Assembly (NCBI GenBank): GCA_002269645.1 | Contig: NIVC01004155.1 | Coordinates: forward strand, 1-57,633 | Source: Macrostomum lignano | Lineage: Eukaryota | Length of the DNA: 57,633 bases | Direction: 5' to 3' | Notes under the pieces: model-generated | What the model saw: the letters and a program-made list of their open reading frames with translations, nothing else | What the model was told of the DNA's origin: nothing | The model's database searches: none | Translations under genes and position numbers: made by a program | Shown: piece after piece, positions 40,493 to 53,589 of the stretch | How positions within the stretch are numbered: the stretch's first letter is position 1 | Layout: each line of letters opens with the position of its first letter

Positions 40493-43400
40493 GACTAGTT
40501 TTGAGGATTCTATTGAGTAGTTTTGAGGATTCTATTGAGTAGTTTTGAGGATTCTATTGAGTAGTTTTGGGGATTCTATTGAGTAGTTTTGAGGATTCTA
40601 TTGAGTAGTTTTGAGGATTCTATTATGTAGTTTTGAGGATTCTATTGAGTAGTTTTGAGGATTCTATTGAGTAGTTTTAAGGATTCTATTGAGTAGTTTT
40701 GAGGATTCTATTGCGTAGTTTTGGGGATTCTATTGAGTAGTTTTGAGGATTCTATTGAGTAGTTTTGAGGATTCTATTGAGTAGTTTTGGGGATTCTATT
40801 GAGTAGTTTTGAGGATTCTATTGAGTAGTTTTGGGGATTCTATTGAGTAGTTTTGAGGATTCTATTGAGTAGTTTTGAGGATTCTATTGAGTAGTTTTGA
40901 GGACTCTATTGAGTAGTTTTGAGGATTCTATTGAGTAGTTTTGAGGATTCTATTGAGTAGTTTTGAGGATTCTATTGAGTAGTTTTGGGGATTCTATTGA
41001 GTAGTTTTGAGGATTCTATTGAGTAGTTTTGGGGATTCTATTGAGTAGTTTTGAGGATTCTATTAAATAGTTCTGAGAATTCTATTGAGTAGTTTTGAGG
41101 ATTCTATTGAGTAGTTTTGAGGATTCTATTGAGTAGTTTTGAGGATTCTATTGAGTAGTTTTGAGGATTCTATTGAGTAGTTTTGAGGATTCTATTGAAT
41201 AGTTCTGAGAATTTTATTGAGTAGTTTTGAGGATTCTATTGAGTAGTTTTGAGGAATCTATTGAGTAGTTTTGAGGATTCTATTGAGTAGTTTTGAGGAT
41301 TCTATTGAGTAGTTTTGAGGATTCTATTGAGTAGTTTTGAGGATTTTATTGAGTAGTTTTGAGGATTCTATTGAGTAGTTTTGAGGATTCTATTGAGTAG
41401 TTTTGAGGATTCTATTGAGTAGTTTTGAGGATTCTATTAAATAGTTCTGAGAATTCTATTGAGTAGTTTTGGGGATTCTATTGAGTAGTTTTGAGGATTC
41501 TATTGAGTAGTTTTGAGGATTCTATTGAGTAGTTTTGAGGATTCTATTGAATAGTTCTGAGAATTTTATTAAGTAGTTTTGAGGATTCTATTGAGTAGTT
41601 TTGAGGACTCTATTGAGTAGTTTTGAGGATTTTATTGAGTAGTTTTGAGGATTCTATTGAGTAGTTTTGAGGATTCTATTGAGTAGTTTTGAGGATTCTA
41701 TTGAGTAGTTTTAAGGATTCTATTGAGTAGTTTTGAGGACTCTATTGAGTAGTTTTGAGGATTCTATTGAGTAGTTTTGAGGATTCTATTGAGTAGTTTT
41801 GAGGATTCTATTGAGTAGTTTTGGGGATTCTATTGAGTAGTTTTGAAGATTCTATTGAGTAGTTTTGAGGATTCTAAACTACTCTATTGGAATAGAGGAT
41901 TCTATTCTATTGAGTAGTTTTGGGGATTCTATTGAGTAGTTTTGAGGATTCTATTAAATAGTTCTGAGAATTCTATTGAGTAGTTTTGAGGATTCTATTG
42001 AATAGTTCTGAGAATTTTATTGAGTAGTTTTGAGGATTCTATTGAGTAGTTTTGAGGATTCTATTGAGTAGTTTTGAGGATTCTATTGAATAGTTTTGAG
42101 GATTCTATTGAGTAGTTTTGAGGATTCTATTGAGTAGTTTTGAGGAATCTATTGAGTAGTTTTGAGGATTCTATTAAATAGTTCTGAGAATTCTATTGAG
42201 TAGTTTTGGGGATTCTATTGAGTAGTTTTGAGGATTCTATTGAGTAGTTTTGGGGATTCTATTGAGTAGTTTTGAGGATTCTATTGAGTAGTTTTGAGGA
42301 CTCTATTGAGTAGTTTTGAGGATTCTATTGAGTAGTTTTGAGGATTCTATTGAGTAGTTTTGAGGATTCTATTGAGTAGTTTTGAGGATTCTATTGAGTA
42401 GTTTTGAGGATTCTATTGAGTAGTTTTGAGGATTCTATTGAGTAGTTTTGAGGATTCTATTGAGTAGTTTTGAGGATTCTATTAAATAGTTCTAAGAATT
42501 CTATTGAGTAGTTTTGAGGATTCTATTGAGTAGTTTTGAGGATTCTATTGAGTAGTTTTGGGGATTCTATTGAGTAGTTTTGAGGATTCTATTGAGTAGT
42601 TTTGGGGATTCTATTGAGTAGTTTTGAGGATTCTATTAAATAGTTCTGAGAATTCTATTGAGTAGTTTTGAGGATTCTATTGAGTAGTTTTGAGGATTCT
42701 ATTGAGTAGTTTTGAGGATTTTATTGAGTAGTTTTGAGGATTCTATTGAGTAGTTTTGAGGATTCTATTGAGTAGTTTTGAGGATTCTATTGAGTAGTTT
42801 TGAGGATTCTATTAAATAGTTCTGAGAATTCTATTGAGTAGTTTTGGGGATTCTATTGAGTAGTTTTGAGGATTCTATTGAGTAGTTTTGAGGATTCTAT
42901 TGAGTAGTTTTGAGGATTCTATTGAATAGTTCTGAGAATTTTATTAAGTAGTTTTGAGGATTCTATTGAGTAGTTTTGAGGACTCTATTGAGTAGTTTTG
43001 AGGATTTTATTGAGTAGTTTTGAGGATTCTATTGAGTAGTTTTGAGGATTCTATTGAGTAGTTTTGAGGATTCTATTGAGTAGTTTTAAGGATTCTATTG
43101 AGTAGTTTTGAGGACTCTATTGAGTAGTTTTGAGGATTCTATTGAATAGTTTTGAGGATTCTATTGAGTAGTTTTGAGGATTCTATTGAGTAGTTTTGAG
43201 GAATCTATTGAGTAGTTTTGAGGATTCTATTAAATAGTTCTGAGAATTCTATTGAGTAGTTTTGGGGATTCTATTGAGTAGTTTTGAGGATTCTATTGAG
43301 TAGTTTTGGGGATTCTATTGAGTAGTTTTGAGGATTCTATTGAGTAGTTTTGAGGACTCTATTGAGTAGTTTTGAGGATTCTATTGAGTAGTTTTGAGGA

Positions 43401-45475
43401 TTCTATTGAGTAGTTTTGAGGATTCTATTGAGTAGTTTTGAGGATTCTATTGAGTAGTTTTGAGGATTCTATTGAGTAGTTTTGAGGATTCTATTGAGTA
43501 GTTTTGAGGATTCTATTGAGTAGTTTTGAGGATTCTATTAAATAGTTCTAAGAATTCTATTGAGTAGTTTTGAGGATTCTATTGAGTAGTTTTGAGGATT
43601 CTATTGAGTAGTTTTGGGGATTCTATTGAGTAGTTTTGAGGATTCTATTGAGTAGTTTTGGGGATTCTATTGAGTAGTTTTGAGGATTCTATTAAATAGT
43701 TCTGAGAATTCTATTGAGTAGTTTTGAGGATTCTATTGAGTAGTTTTGAGGATTCTATTGAGTAGTTTTGAGGATTCTATTGAGTAGTTTTGAGGATTCT
43801 ATTGAGTAGTTTTGAGGATTCTATTGAATAGTTCTGAGAATTTTATTGAGTAGTTTTGAGGATTCTATTGAGTAGTTTTGAGGAATCTATTGAGTAGTTT
43901 TGAGGATTCTATTGAGTAGTTTTGAGGATTCTATTGAGTAGTTTTGAGGATTCTATTGAGTAGTTTTGAGGATTTTATTGAGTAGTTTTGAGGATTCTAT
44001 TGAGTAGTTTTGAGGATTCTATTGAGTAGTTTTGAGGATTCTATTGAGTAGTTTTGAGGATTCTATTAAATAGTTCTGAGAATTCTATTGAGTAGTTTTG
44101 GGGATTCTATTGAGTAGTTTTGAGGATTCTATTGAGTAGTTTTGAGGATTCTATTGAGTAGTTTTGAGGATTCTATTGAATAGTTCTGAGAATTTTATTG
44201 AGTAGTTTTGAGGATTCTATTGAGTAGTTTTGAGGACTCTATTGAGTAGTTTTGAGGATTTTATTGAGTAGTTTTGAGGATTCTATTGAGTAGTTTTGAG
44301 GATTCTATTGAGTAGTTTTGAGGATTCTATTGAGTAGTTTTGAGGATTCTATTGAGTAGTTTTGAGGACTCTATTGAGTAGTTTTGAGGATTCTATTGAG
44401 TAGTTTTGAGGATTCTATTGAGTAGTTTTGAGGATTCTATTGAGTAGTTTTGGGGATTCTATTGAGTAGTTTTGAGGATTCTATTGAGTAGTTTTGGGGA
44501 TTCTATTGAGTAGTTTTGAGGATTCTATTAAATAGTTCTGAGAATTCTATTGAGTAGTTTTGAGGATTCTATTGAATAGTTCTGAGAATTTTATTGAGTA
44601 GTTTTGAGGATTCTATTGAGTAGTTTTGAGGATTCTATTGAGTAGTTTTGAGGATTCTATTGAATAGTTTTGAGGATTCTATTGAGTAGTTTTGAGGATT
44701 CTATTGAGTAGTTTTGAGGAATCTATTGAGTAGTTTTGAGGATTCTATTAAATAGTTCTGAGAATTCTATTGAGTAGTTTTGGGGATTCTATTGAGTAGT
44801 TTTGAGGATTCTATTGAGTAGTTTTGGGGATTCTATTGAGTAGTTTTGAGGATTCTATTGAGTAGTTTTGAGGACTCTATTGAGTAGTTTTGAGGATTCT
44901 ATTGAGTAGTTTTGAGGATTCTATTGAGTAGTTTTGAGGATTCTATTGAGTAGTTTTGAGGATTCTATTGAGTAGTTTTGAGGATTCTATTGAGTAGTTT
45001 TGAGGATTCTATTGAGTAGTTTTGAGGATTCTATTGAGTAGTTTTGAGGATTCTATTAAATAGTTCTAAGAATTCTATTGAGTAGTTTTGAGGATTCTAT
45101 TGAGTAGTTTTGAGGATTCTATTGAGTAGTTTTGAGGATCCTATTGAGTAGTTTTGAGGATTCTATTGAGTAGTTTTGAGGATTCTATTAAATAGTTCTA
45201 AGAATTCTATTGAGTAGTTTTGAGGATTCTATTGAGTAGTTTTGAGGATTCTATTGAGTAGTTTTGAGGATTCTATTGAGTAGTTTTGAGGATTCTATTG
45301 AGTAGTTTTGAGGATTCTATTGAGTAGTTTTGAGGATTCTATTGAGTAGTTTTGAGGATTCTATTGAGTAGTTTTGAGGATTCTATTGAGTAGTTTTGAG
45401 GATTCTATTGAGTAGTTTTGAGGCTCTATTGAGTAGCTCTGCAGATTCTATTGAATAGTTTTGAGGACTTAAAAG
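40493..45475. repeat. 5-kb satellite with a 22-bp unit and higher-order structure
   Basis: Unit GAGGATTCTATTGAGTAGTTTT, about 225 copies, with recurrent variant blocks. Confidence 0.98.
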
Positions 45476-46802
45476 TAGTTTAGGGAATATTAGGGTAGTT
45501 TTTGGAATATTAGGGTAGATTTGGGGGATAATGGTAGTTTTGAGAATGTTGGAGTACTTTTCAAAATGGCAATCTTAATGAAGGCATATGAGAGCATTTT
45601 GAGTAAATATGAGTGGCTTTGGGATCTGCACCTTAAGATGGGGATCGAAAAAATGAAAATGAATAAAATTGATGTTGTCCAATATTTCTTAAAACCCAAT
45701 AACTATGCTTAGTGACATTCTGATTACTCAAGTATATTTAGCTCCTGATCAGCCTATTAACTTTGCAAATTGAGGATTTTAGTCGGTTGAAAAACTGTGC
45801 AACAATCGCTATTGCGTACTTAGACTCCATCTAATCTCTGAAATTCATTTTTATCCTTTTTTTCAAATCGGCAATTCAGCTTTAAAGGGTGTAAAATTCC
45901 AGAATATTCATCTAGCTGTTTTGTTTTAATTCAATTAGGCGGTTTTTTAATGTTGTTAGTATTTATTAATTTTGAGTAGCCACCGCAACTGTAACCCTTC
46001 TAGCCTTTGCTCATCAACTTGTTTAGCACTTAGTTCTTTTTGTTATTAAAATCTGTGTTTTTTTTTAACAAAAAGCACTATTTATATTTTGATGTGGCTA
46101 CTGACCCTGAATGAGTAGTATAAATTGTCTCTTTTTTACGATTTCTCTCGAATTGCTTTTCTAGTCCGTTGAAAACCTCGATGTTGTGAAGCAGCAGCTG
46201 CGGTCGCCTGCAGCCCCTTTTTGAAGCTCTTCTGGCTCGTTTTGCCAGCTGCCCCCCCCCCTGTATCGCTCGCTTATTTTGCCTCTCTATTTTTCTAGAT
46301 TCACAAAATTCTGCCTGTAGCCATAGGTTTATCACCTGCAGAAACTGTAATTTCATTCTATTGTGTGATTTTACATGAAACTCCCCTAAGGGCCTGGGCC
46401 CATACTCTTTTGTCAATCCAGTCAACACTAATCTAGTCAGTTTACCTACCCGCCTTCGCAGTAGTGGATAGGCCTCATTCTATCTTTCTTTGTTTCAGAA
46501 AACAAATAAATATTTATGGAACCAAGCGAGTCGGAAATTTCAAATTGTCACCTCGGGCGAGTGTGACAGACGCGCGAAATTTATTTTCTGTTGTTGCTTG
46601 ATTTTGTGTTTTCAATTTCACACATTTGGCATGCACTGCTGCAGTGAGGGCTTTGTAGGGCAATGGAATCACCTCTATCAAAATAATCCCAAGTTATCCT
46701 TTTCCTCACGCGCTTCTAGATAAGCAGCAGATCTGTTTGAAAGTACAAACATATTTTAATGACTACATCAAAGGTTGCGTTCCACAATCATTAGGCTGCA
46801 AT

Positions 46803-47046
46803 CCCGGTTTTTCCGGTTCCGGTTTGTCCGGTTCTGGTTTTTCCGGTTCCGGTTTGTCCGGTTCTGGCTTGTCCAGTTACGGTCTGTCCGGTTCTGTTTT
46901 TTCCGGTTCCGGTTTGTCCGGGTCCGGTTTGTCCGGGTCCGGTTTGTCCGGTTCCAGTTTGTCCGGGTCCGGTTTGTCCGGTTCCAGTTTGTCCGGGTCC
47001 GGTTTGTCCGGTTCCGCTTTGTCCGGGTCCGGTTTGTCCGGTTCCG
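46803..47046. repeat. 15-bp minisatellite
   Basis: Unit TCCGGTTTGTCCGG(G/T), about 16 copies. Confidence 0.9.
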
Positions 47047-47504
47047 GCGCACATGCTACACAACCGCATAGAAACTCAGACTGCTCATCTCATATGGCAA
47101 ATGCTGCAAATCAGCATCCTAAAATTGCACTAGCTGCTTCTATACACGAGTATTAATTGAACTTTAAATTTAGAGTCCACGGTCTATAAACAGTTTACAG
47201 TCCATATATAAGTACATATGTACACGGTTATACGCACACAATTGTAAATACATACAGTAAAGTTATATCAAACACTAGGATTATGGACTATCTGGGATCA
47301 AAATAAGTCTACTTTGTAGAATGCATATATAAATTTACTAATTCAATCTTATCTCCAATAGTCTGAGTGGCTATGGCTTGTGGCTATAGTCTATGGCTTG
47401 AAAGCCCCTTCTACTTAGCTGCTTATCTCAGTAAATTGCGTCAGAGTTTTAAACCGACGGATTGTTAGATCGGAAAACATCTTTTTTCGACAGAGACAGA
47501 GAAG

Positions 47505-50500
47505 ATGGTGCAGCTTGAGAAACCAACCTTTGTCAGTGCTGGCATCCTGGGCCGGACTCGAACCCTGCCGATTCGACCGGCAAAGTCTGGTAAGTTGAGC
47601 TGCTGGACTTCTCAACACAGGACTGTCGCTGATTTAGACTACTCAAGTTTGATCAATTGAAACTTTGTCATCTTCTATTCGTGACTGCTCGTAGAACAAC
47701 GGATTGAATAACCTTTGAAGTTTGTCTGCCAAGGCTCATTGGGGAATTGCTGAGATGCCAACAAGGCTCATTGGGGAATTGCTGAGATGCCAACAAGGCT
47801 CATTGGGGAATTGCTGAGATGCCAACAAGGCTCATTGGGGAATTGCTGAGATGCCAACAAGGCTCATTGGGGAATTGCTGAGATGCCAACAAGGCTCATT
47901 GGGGAATTGCTGAGATGCCAACAAGGCTCATTGGGGAATTGCTGAGATGCCAACAAGGCTCATTGGGGAATTGCTGAGATGCCAACAAGGCTCATTGGGG
48001 AATTGCTGAGATGCCAACAAGGCTCATTGGGGAATTGCTGAGATGCCAACAAGGCTCATTGGGGAATTGCTGAGATGCCAACAAGGCTCACTGGGGAATT
48101 GCTGAGATGCCAACAAGGCTCATTGGGGAATTGCTGAGATGCCAACAAGGCTCACTGGGGGGGGGGGTTGCTGAGATGCCAGTTAAAGATTAATAGTTTT
48201 AATTTTTTCACGTCTAATGCTAACAGCACAGATCCTATAAACACAGTGTTTATAGTATCTGTGGCTAAATCCATGTAGCAGAAAGCCAATCCTCAATTTC
48301 GTGATCAAATTTTCATTGAGTTACTAACCTTAAAAAAATCAAAGTAGCCCAGAAGATGTGCATGTACTTTAATCGCACGCACTTGTGTTCTAAAACACTG
48401 GTCAATCAAGATAAAGAGTTAATTGACGGCTAAGGTGTATAATACGCGTCAGTAGCTAGGGGGTTGTAGCCTAGTGGTTAGAGCGTCGAACTCATAACTC
48501 GAAGGTCGGGGGTTCGATTCCTGATCCCACTAGAACAGTTTGTGTCCTTGATAAGACACTTTGACTCTGTATTGTTTCCATTCAGCCAGCTGTAAAATGG
48601 GTGCCAGCATTAGCTGGAGTATTTGAGGGTGTGTGGCGACCCTCCAGTCCTTGGACTGAACAGCCGTACGCAGCCTTCAGATGCGCCGCGCAATAGCTGC
48701 GGCTGAGCTGTCGGTTGCACATCTGGCCCAATTGGAAAAGGTGTAATTAACTACTATAATTAATCAATTAATATTTTTATTAGCTGTAAGCTTGACGAAT
48801 TGCCCCCCCCCGGCTTCAAACCAACAGGCCGACTGGCGCAGCGCAGCCTGACAGTTTCCATCGCGTCAAGAAACAGCAGGAATGGCAGCGCCAGCGTCGG
48901 CGGCGGCGGATCGTCTGCTAACTCGACTGCCAGACAGTTGCGCGCGACTTCTATCAACCGCTGCCAGCAGCCGGAGCCGCAGGAGCAGACGCAAGAGACT
49001 CAGGAGCAGCAGTGCGAGTCGCCGCAACAGCTACCGACGCCGACGCCGCCTGGTCAGCAGCAGCAGCCAGGCCCCGCCAGCAGCCTTGCCAGACGAACGC
49101 GCCAGTTGAACAGCGGCGCCAGCAACTCGGCCAACAGCGCTTTAGGCGGCGGCTCAGAATCCAACACCGCCGAGGAGTGCAGCGTCCAGCTGCCCGACGG
49201 CTGGCGCTACGGTCGCCAGAGCCTGGCGCTGCCGCGTCGACTCGGAGGAAAAAGTGTCTCCATCACTTCGGTGAGGGAGTCGCGCACCCGAGACGAGATT
49301 GACAGGTCGGCCGAAGTCAGCGGAGGTCATTCGACGCAGAATCAATGCGGTGAGAGCTCAGTCAGCCAGTTCCAGAGGTGCTGCCGCAATCAAGACGACA
49401 GTGAACCCAGTGGACCCGGAGCCAAGCCAGAAGGCAGACAGCTGGGCCCATTCCGCTATACCCAGGCAGCTCAGACAGGGTGTACAGCGATCCCCATGAC
49501 TTTCGCATCTTCAGTTGGTGTACATTGTAGGTTGGTCCTTAAGCTCTAGGCTAACTTGGGCACGAGCTACAAAAAGAACTATACTGTCCGTCAAAAGTTC
49601 CGGAACCCTTGCTACGATGTCTTCTAGCGGACATAATTTCAGTCCGTTTCAATTGTAACTTGATTCAAATGAAAGCTGCGGATCTCAGCTCCATGATGTT
49701 GTCAAGAAAAAGTTTATTCGAAGGAGCGCGTGTGAACAGGCCAGTGTTATGTACATAAAGGTTAGGGAAAAAAGTGAGGAAAAGACAAACAAGCAATTGA
49801 CTCTCCCATGAAAGCTGACTGCACAAGAATCCATAAGAGCCTGTTGATTTCAACACAAGTTTTGGCCATAGACTAATGTTAGCCAGGCTGAACACTGCGC
49901 GCAAACCGATTCCTTCCCATGTGTGTTTGCTCCATAGACTCAGCAACCATAGACAATTGCTTGTTAGTCTTTTCCTCACTTTTTTTCTCTAACCTTTATG
50001 TACATAACACTGGCCTGTTCACACGCGCTCATTCGAATAAACTTTTTCTTGACCACATCATGGAGCTGAGATCCGCAGCTTTCATTTGAATCAAGTTACA
50101 ATTGAAACGGACTGAAATTATGTCCGCTAGAAGACATCGTAGCAAGGGTTCAGGAACTTTTGACGGACAGTATACATGCACGTGGTACTTGCAGTTAAGG
50201 GTGGCGAGGACTGTGTTGACACGTGCGAACTCATTTCACTTTCAGTGGTACGAGCTACTGTGCACAGGCATGAACTCATCCACACGCTCATATAGGGTGT
50301 ATAGCGGCCCTGACTTTCTAATTGCAAGGCTTGTACACACTTTGTGCCTTGGGGGTTGGCTCTGCACTAAATAAAAAGTGCCCATCTAGTACAAAAGTAC
50401 AACTCCCTTGGCCAATGTTTTCGTGCACAAGCGTAAAATGAAAATGTTGATGCGTAAGAAATCGTGGCAGAAGATTGGGACGCGTTTAACGCTGAACTGC

Positions 50501-50957
50501 TCTGTCCCCCCCCATCAGACTCATGTAGGACTGCTCCTTATGAAATGAATGTAACTTAACCTCAGACCAACAGACAACGAGATCCATAATGAAAATGAGA
50601 CGGCTGTCGAACGAGCTGCCACTGCTGAGCTGGCACAATTCGGAAGCGGGGACTGCTGCTAAGGGTAACAGCAGCCCGACGCTTCATCAGCAGCGGGAGC
50701 AGAAAATATTCGACCAATGCCGCTTCATCCCAACTGACACATTCTACAAGAAGGTGATCATCGCTCCAAACGAGGACAGGCAGTTCTTCGCTGCGCCCAA
50801 GTGCAGCCGGGTGCCCGGCAGCAACATGCTGTACGACATCGTCAGCCAGAACCCCATGCACCATCGCGACGTCAATTTTGACATGACGCGAGATTCACTG
50901 AGAAAAGTCTGCAGCACATTTCACAGGACCAGTCAGTTCCGCCATCCTGGATATTGA
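47505..50957 (+). CDS. Uncharacterised 3-exon gene (about 347 aa, Ser/Gln/Gly-rich middle, possibly folded C-terminus)
   Basis: Exon 47505-47589 (MVQLEKPTFVSAGILGRTRTLPIRPAKS, preceded by a TTTTTTCGACAG acceptor and followed by GTAAGT). Exon 48784-49349 (TTTTTATTAG acceptor, G|GTGAGA donor). Exon 50566-50957 (CCTCAG acceptor, ...FIPTDTFYKKVIIAPNEDRQFF...HPGY*). The phases join only if the C9 run at 48803-48811 is C10. AATAAA at 51210. Confidence 0.6.
47728..48180. repeat. 32-bp minisatellite in orphan gene intron 1
   Basis: Unit CCAACAAGGCTCATTGGGGAATTGCTGAGATG, about 14 near-identical copies. Confidence 0.96.
48460..48760 (+). mobile_element. tRNA-derived CORE-type SINE (copy B)
   Basis: tRNA-like head at 48460-48529 with A box TAGCCTAGTGG, B box GGTTCGATTCC and a CAT-centred loop. 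It is followed by TGTGTCCTTGATAAGACACTT...CAGCTGTAAAATGGG, which resembles the MIR/CORE domain, and ends in an AT-rich tail. Confidence 0.75.
49584..50170. mobile_element. Tc1/mariner-type MITE (about 587 bp) with ~217-bp near-perfect TIRs, in orphan gene intron 2
   Basis: TA|CTGTCCGTCAAAAGTTCC ... GGAACTTTTGACGGACAG|TA. Arms 49584-49800 and 49954-50170 are reverse complements with few mismatches, and there is a TA TSD. Confidence 0.9.
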
Positions 50958-53589
50958 ATTGCCAACGTCCCGAGACTGGAACACGCTAGATCGCATTCGC
51001 ACTTAATCATTTCCATTTTAGTTACCCTCCCATTCCGATGTATATAGAGAGCGCTCCAACAATTCGGTCTGCTTGATTTTGCAATTCACATAGGAGGTGC
51101 ACGGCCGCACACGAAATTCTTGGCCAAAGTTATGAAAAACGCCGCCTGTAGGGACAAATCAAGCCTGCACTGCAACTGCTCCTTGCTCCTGCAGAGCAGC
51201 TAGCAGCAGAATAAATATTTCCTTTTGTGCGAAATGCATTCCATACAGACGGTCAAGAAATAAAATGTTATTCAGGTTTAATTTTAAGTCAGCCTTTTCT
51301 TTGTTTTCAACTTCGACAGAAAAAACTTCCTTGCGTGCTAATTATTTTATTTTATTTTCTGTACAATTCTAAATGCAGACGGGCTGAGATGCAGATTTCA
51401 GCGCTATTCAATGAGGAGGAAACAAAGCACAAGCTGGCACTTAAAATGATTGTTCAAAAGTACGAACCTATGGGCCATACATTATGTGCATGTACGCAAG
51501 TACATATGTAACAAGTAAGAGTACAGTGTATGCATGTACACGTATTTAAAAGCTGTTAGGTGAATGAAGCTGTGTAAATCTATTTTAAAAGTGAAAGGCT
51601 TGGATGCACTTATCATTTTTTCCTGGAATATTCAAAACCAATGGTCCTAATGTTAAGGCAATCTAAAAAGAATATTTTTATTCTTTTTTATTTTTATATT
51701 TTTTCATGCATTCGATCTAGCAAGACTATTCAGGGTTTGAAGATCACTCTTGTACATGTACAGCTTGCGCTGTGACCGATCATACGATGTACATAGAACC
51801 CGAAGTCTGTTTTAACTTTGTGTTGATCATGAGCCCGCGAGGTATTGTTAGGTAGAGAAACTTGTTTTGCAGGGTGCCGCCCAAGAGCAATGACTATGCT
51901 TAGCATGAATCCAAAATTGGTAAAGGAGCAATAAGAGATAAATAATAAAATAGCAATCTACCATTTTTCCAAAGTGAATTCATGCGTCAAAGCTCATTTC
52001 TGTTGAATTTTAAATAAATGATAATCTAATAAGCTTTTGTTAAAACTCATTTTTGTATTTTTAAAATTCCTATTTTTTCTTGTTTTTTTTCGCTTCATTC
52101 TTCCTTCCGTTTACTTGTGTTAAACGTATACTGTAAAGTTTTTGGGGATAAAAATTTAAATAACACTGTGGAATAAATTTTAAAGTTATAAAGTTGGCTT
52201 TTCATTTTTACTGTTTGCATTATCATCTAATTACGACGTGCTATGGCTAATGTACTAGCAATTATATCAGTCAGTTTGAGTATGCTCAATTAACAATAGG
52301 ACCTAGGCCTAGCCGACTAGTCAATGTAAACACTAGGCCTAAGTCTAAATGCTATGCCTATAGTCTATGATCTGTATAATACAGTAAAGTAGACTATACA
52401 TACCTACGAAAAATCCTACTGCATAAATAATAAAACCAACTGATATAGAAAATAGAAAAGTTATCTTTAAATATATTAGGGCCTACTATTATTATGAATC
52501 ATAAATGTGATAAGTCATAATTGTTTTGTATTATAGTAGGCCTATTTTAAATCAGTTCTATTGCTTAATATTAAAATATCTTTTGAATTTTATATAATTT
52601 TTAGAGACTTTTTAAGCAACTGACAAAACTTATAATTTATCATTAAATTAGATTAGTCTAGCAGCCTATCATTACATTAGTCTATCAAATTCATAAAATT
52701 TTATAGTTCATTTATTTTTATCTTCAAAGCCTAACAAACATTTTTTGCTTTAATTTTAAAGTGATAGGCCCTAATATTAATAAGTAGAGTCTAAGTATAA
52801 GCCTAGATAAATTTTTGGCTAATCTTTACTAATCTAATCTAAATAATATAAGTTAACCTTAAATACACTTAGATCATGTCTTATATGCTAGAATTTTTGG
52901 CATATAGGCCTATCTATAAGTCCATAGTTTGGAATAGGCCCTAGTCTATATGTACCCCAGGAAAAAAATATATTTTTTGGTATAGGCCTATACTAATATA
53001 TGCCAAATATATAATATTATATAATTTATATATGCCTAAAGCTTCAAAAAATCAATTTTGTAATAGTATTACTTGATTAATAATTTTGATATTTAATTTC
53101 AATTAGATAAAGTTAATAACAGAAAATAATAAATATATTTATATAATGTTTCATATATTTAAAGATGAAATTGTTGAAATTTTAAATCATTACCTTTTAA
53201 AAAACATGGAAATCAGTTTTGCTTTAATAGTTATCAAATTTTGCAATTAAAATACATAGAAAACTATTGTAAATATTAATGATTGAATTTTATATGTAGA
53301 AATAAACATTTATACCAAAAGCCTAAAATCACTTTTGAATATCAATATATATACAAAATTTCTTGAGTATACCCTAGAAATTTTGGGCATACATGCCTTC
53401 TTCTAGACCATAATAGCTGATAGATCCTTAGTATATAATTTTTAGAATAAATATATTAATATTTATTGTCTTTTTTTAAAAATAGTTTAATTATGTAAAA
53501 ATTTATTGGTAAATAGTCTAATAAGCCAATTAAAAAGGGAAAAAAGAAAATGGTTAGGGCCTAAGAATAAAAATGAATTTTGTTTTTCC

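Noticed and set aside
46737-47156. (SGLSG)n / (GQTGP)n collagen- or silk-like ORFs
   Set aside because: This is a 15-bp minisatellite open on both strands with no supporting gene structure.
48460-48529. tRNA-Met(CAT) gene
   Set aside because: The acceptor and anticodon stems have mismatches or many wobbles, and the sequence continues into a CORE-like body, so it is a SINE head.
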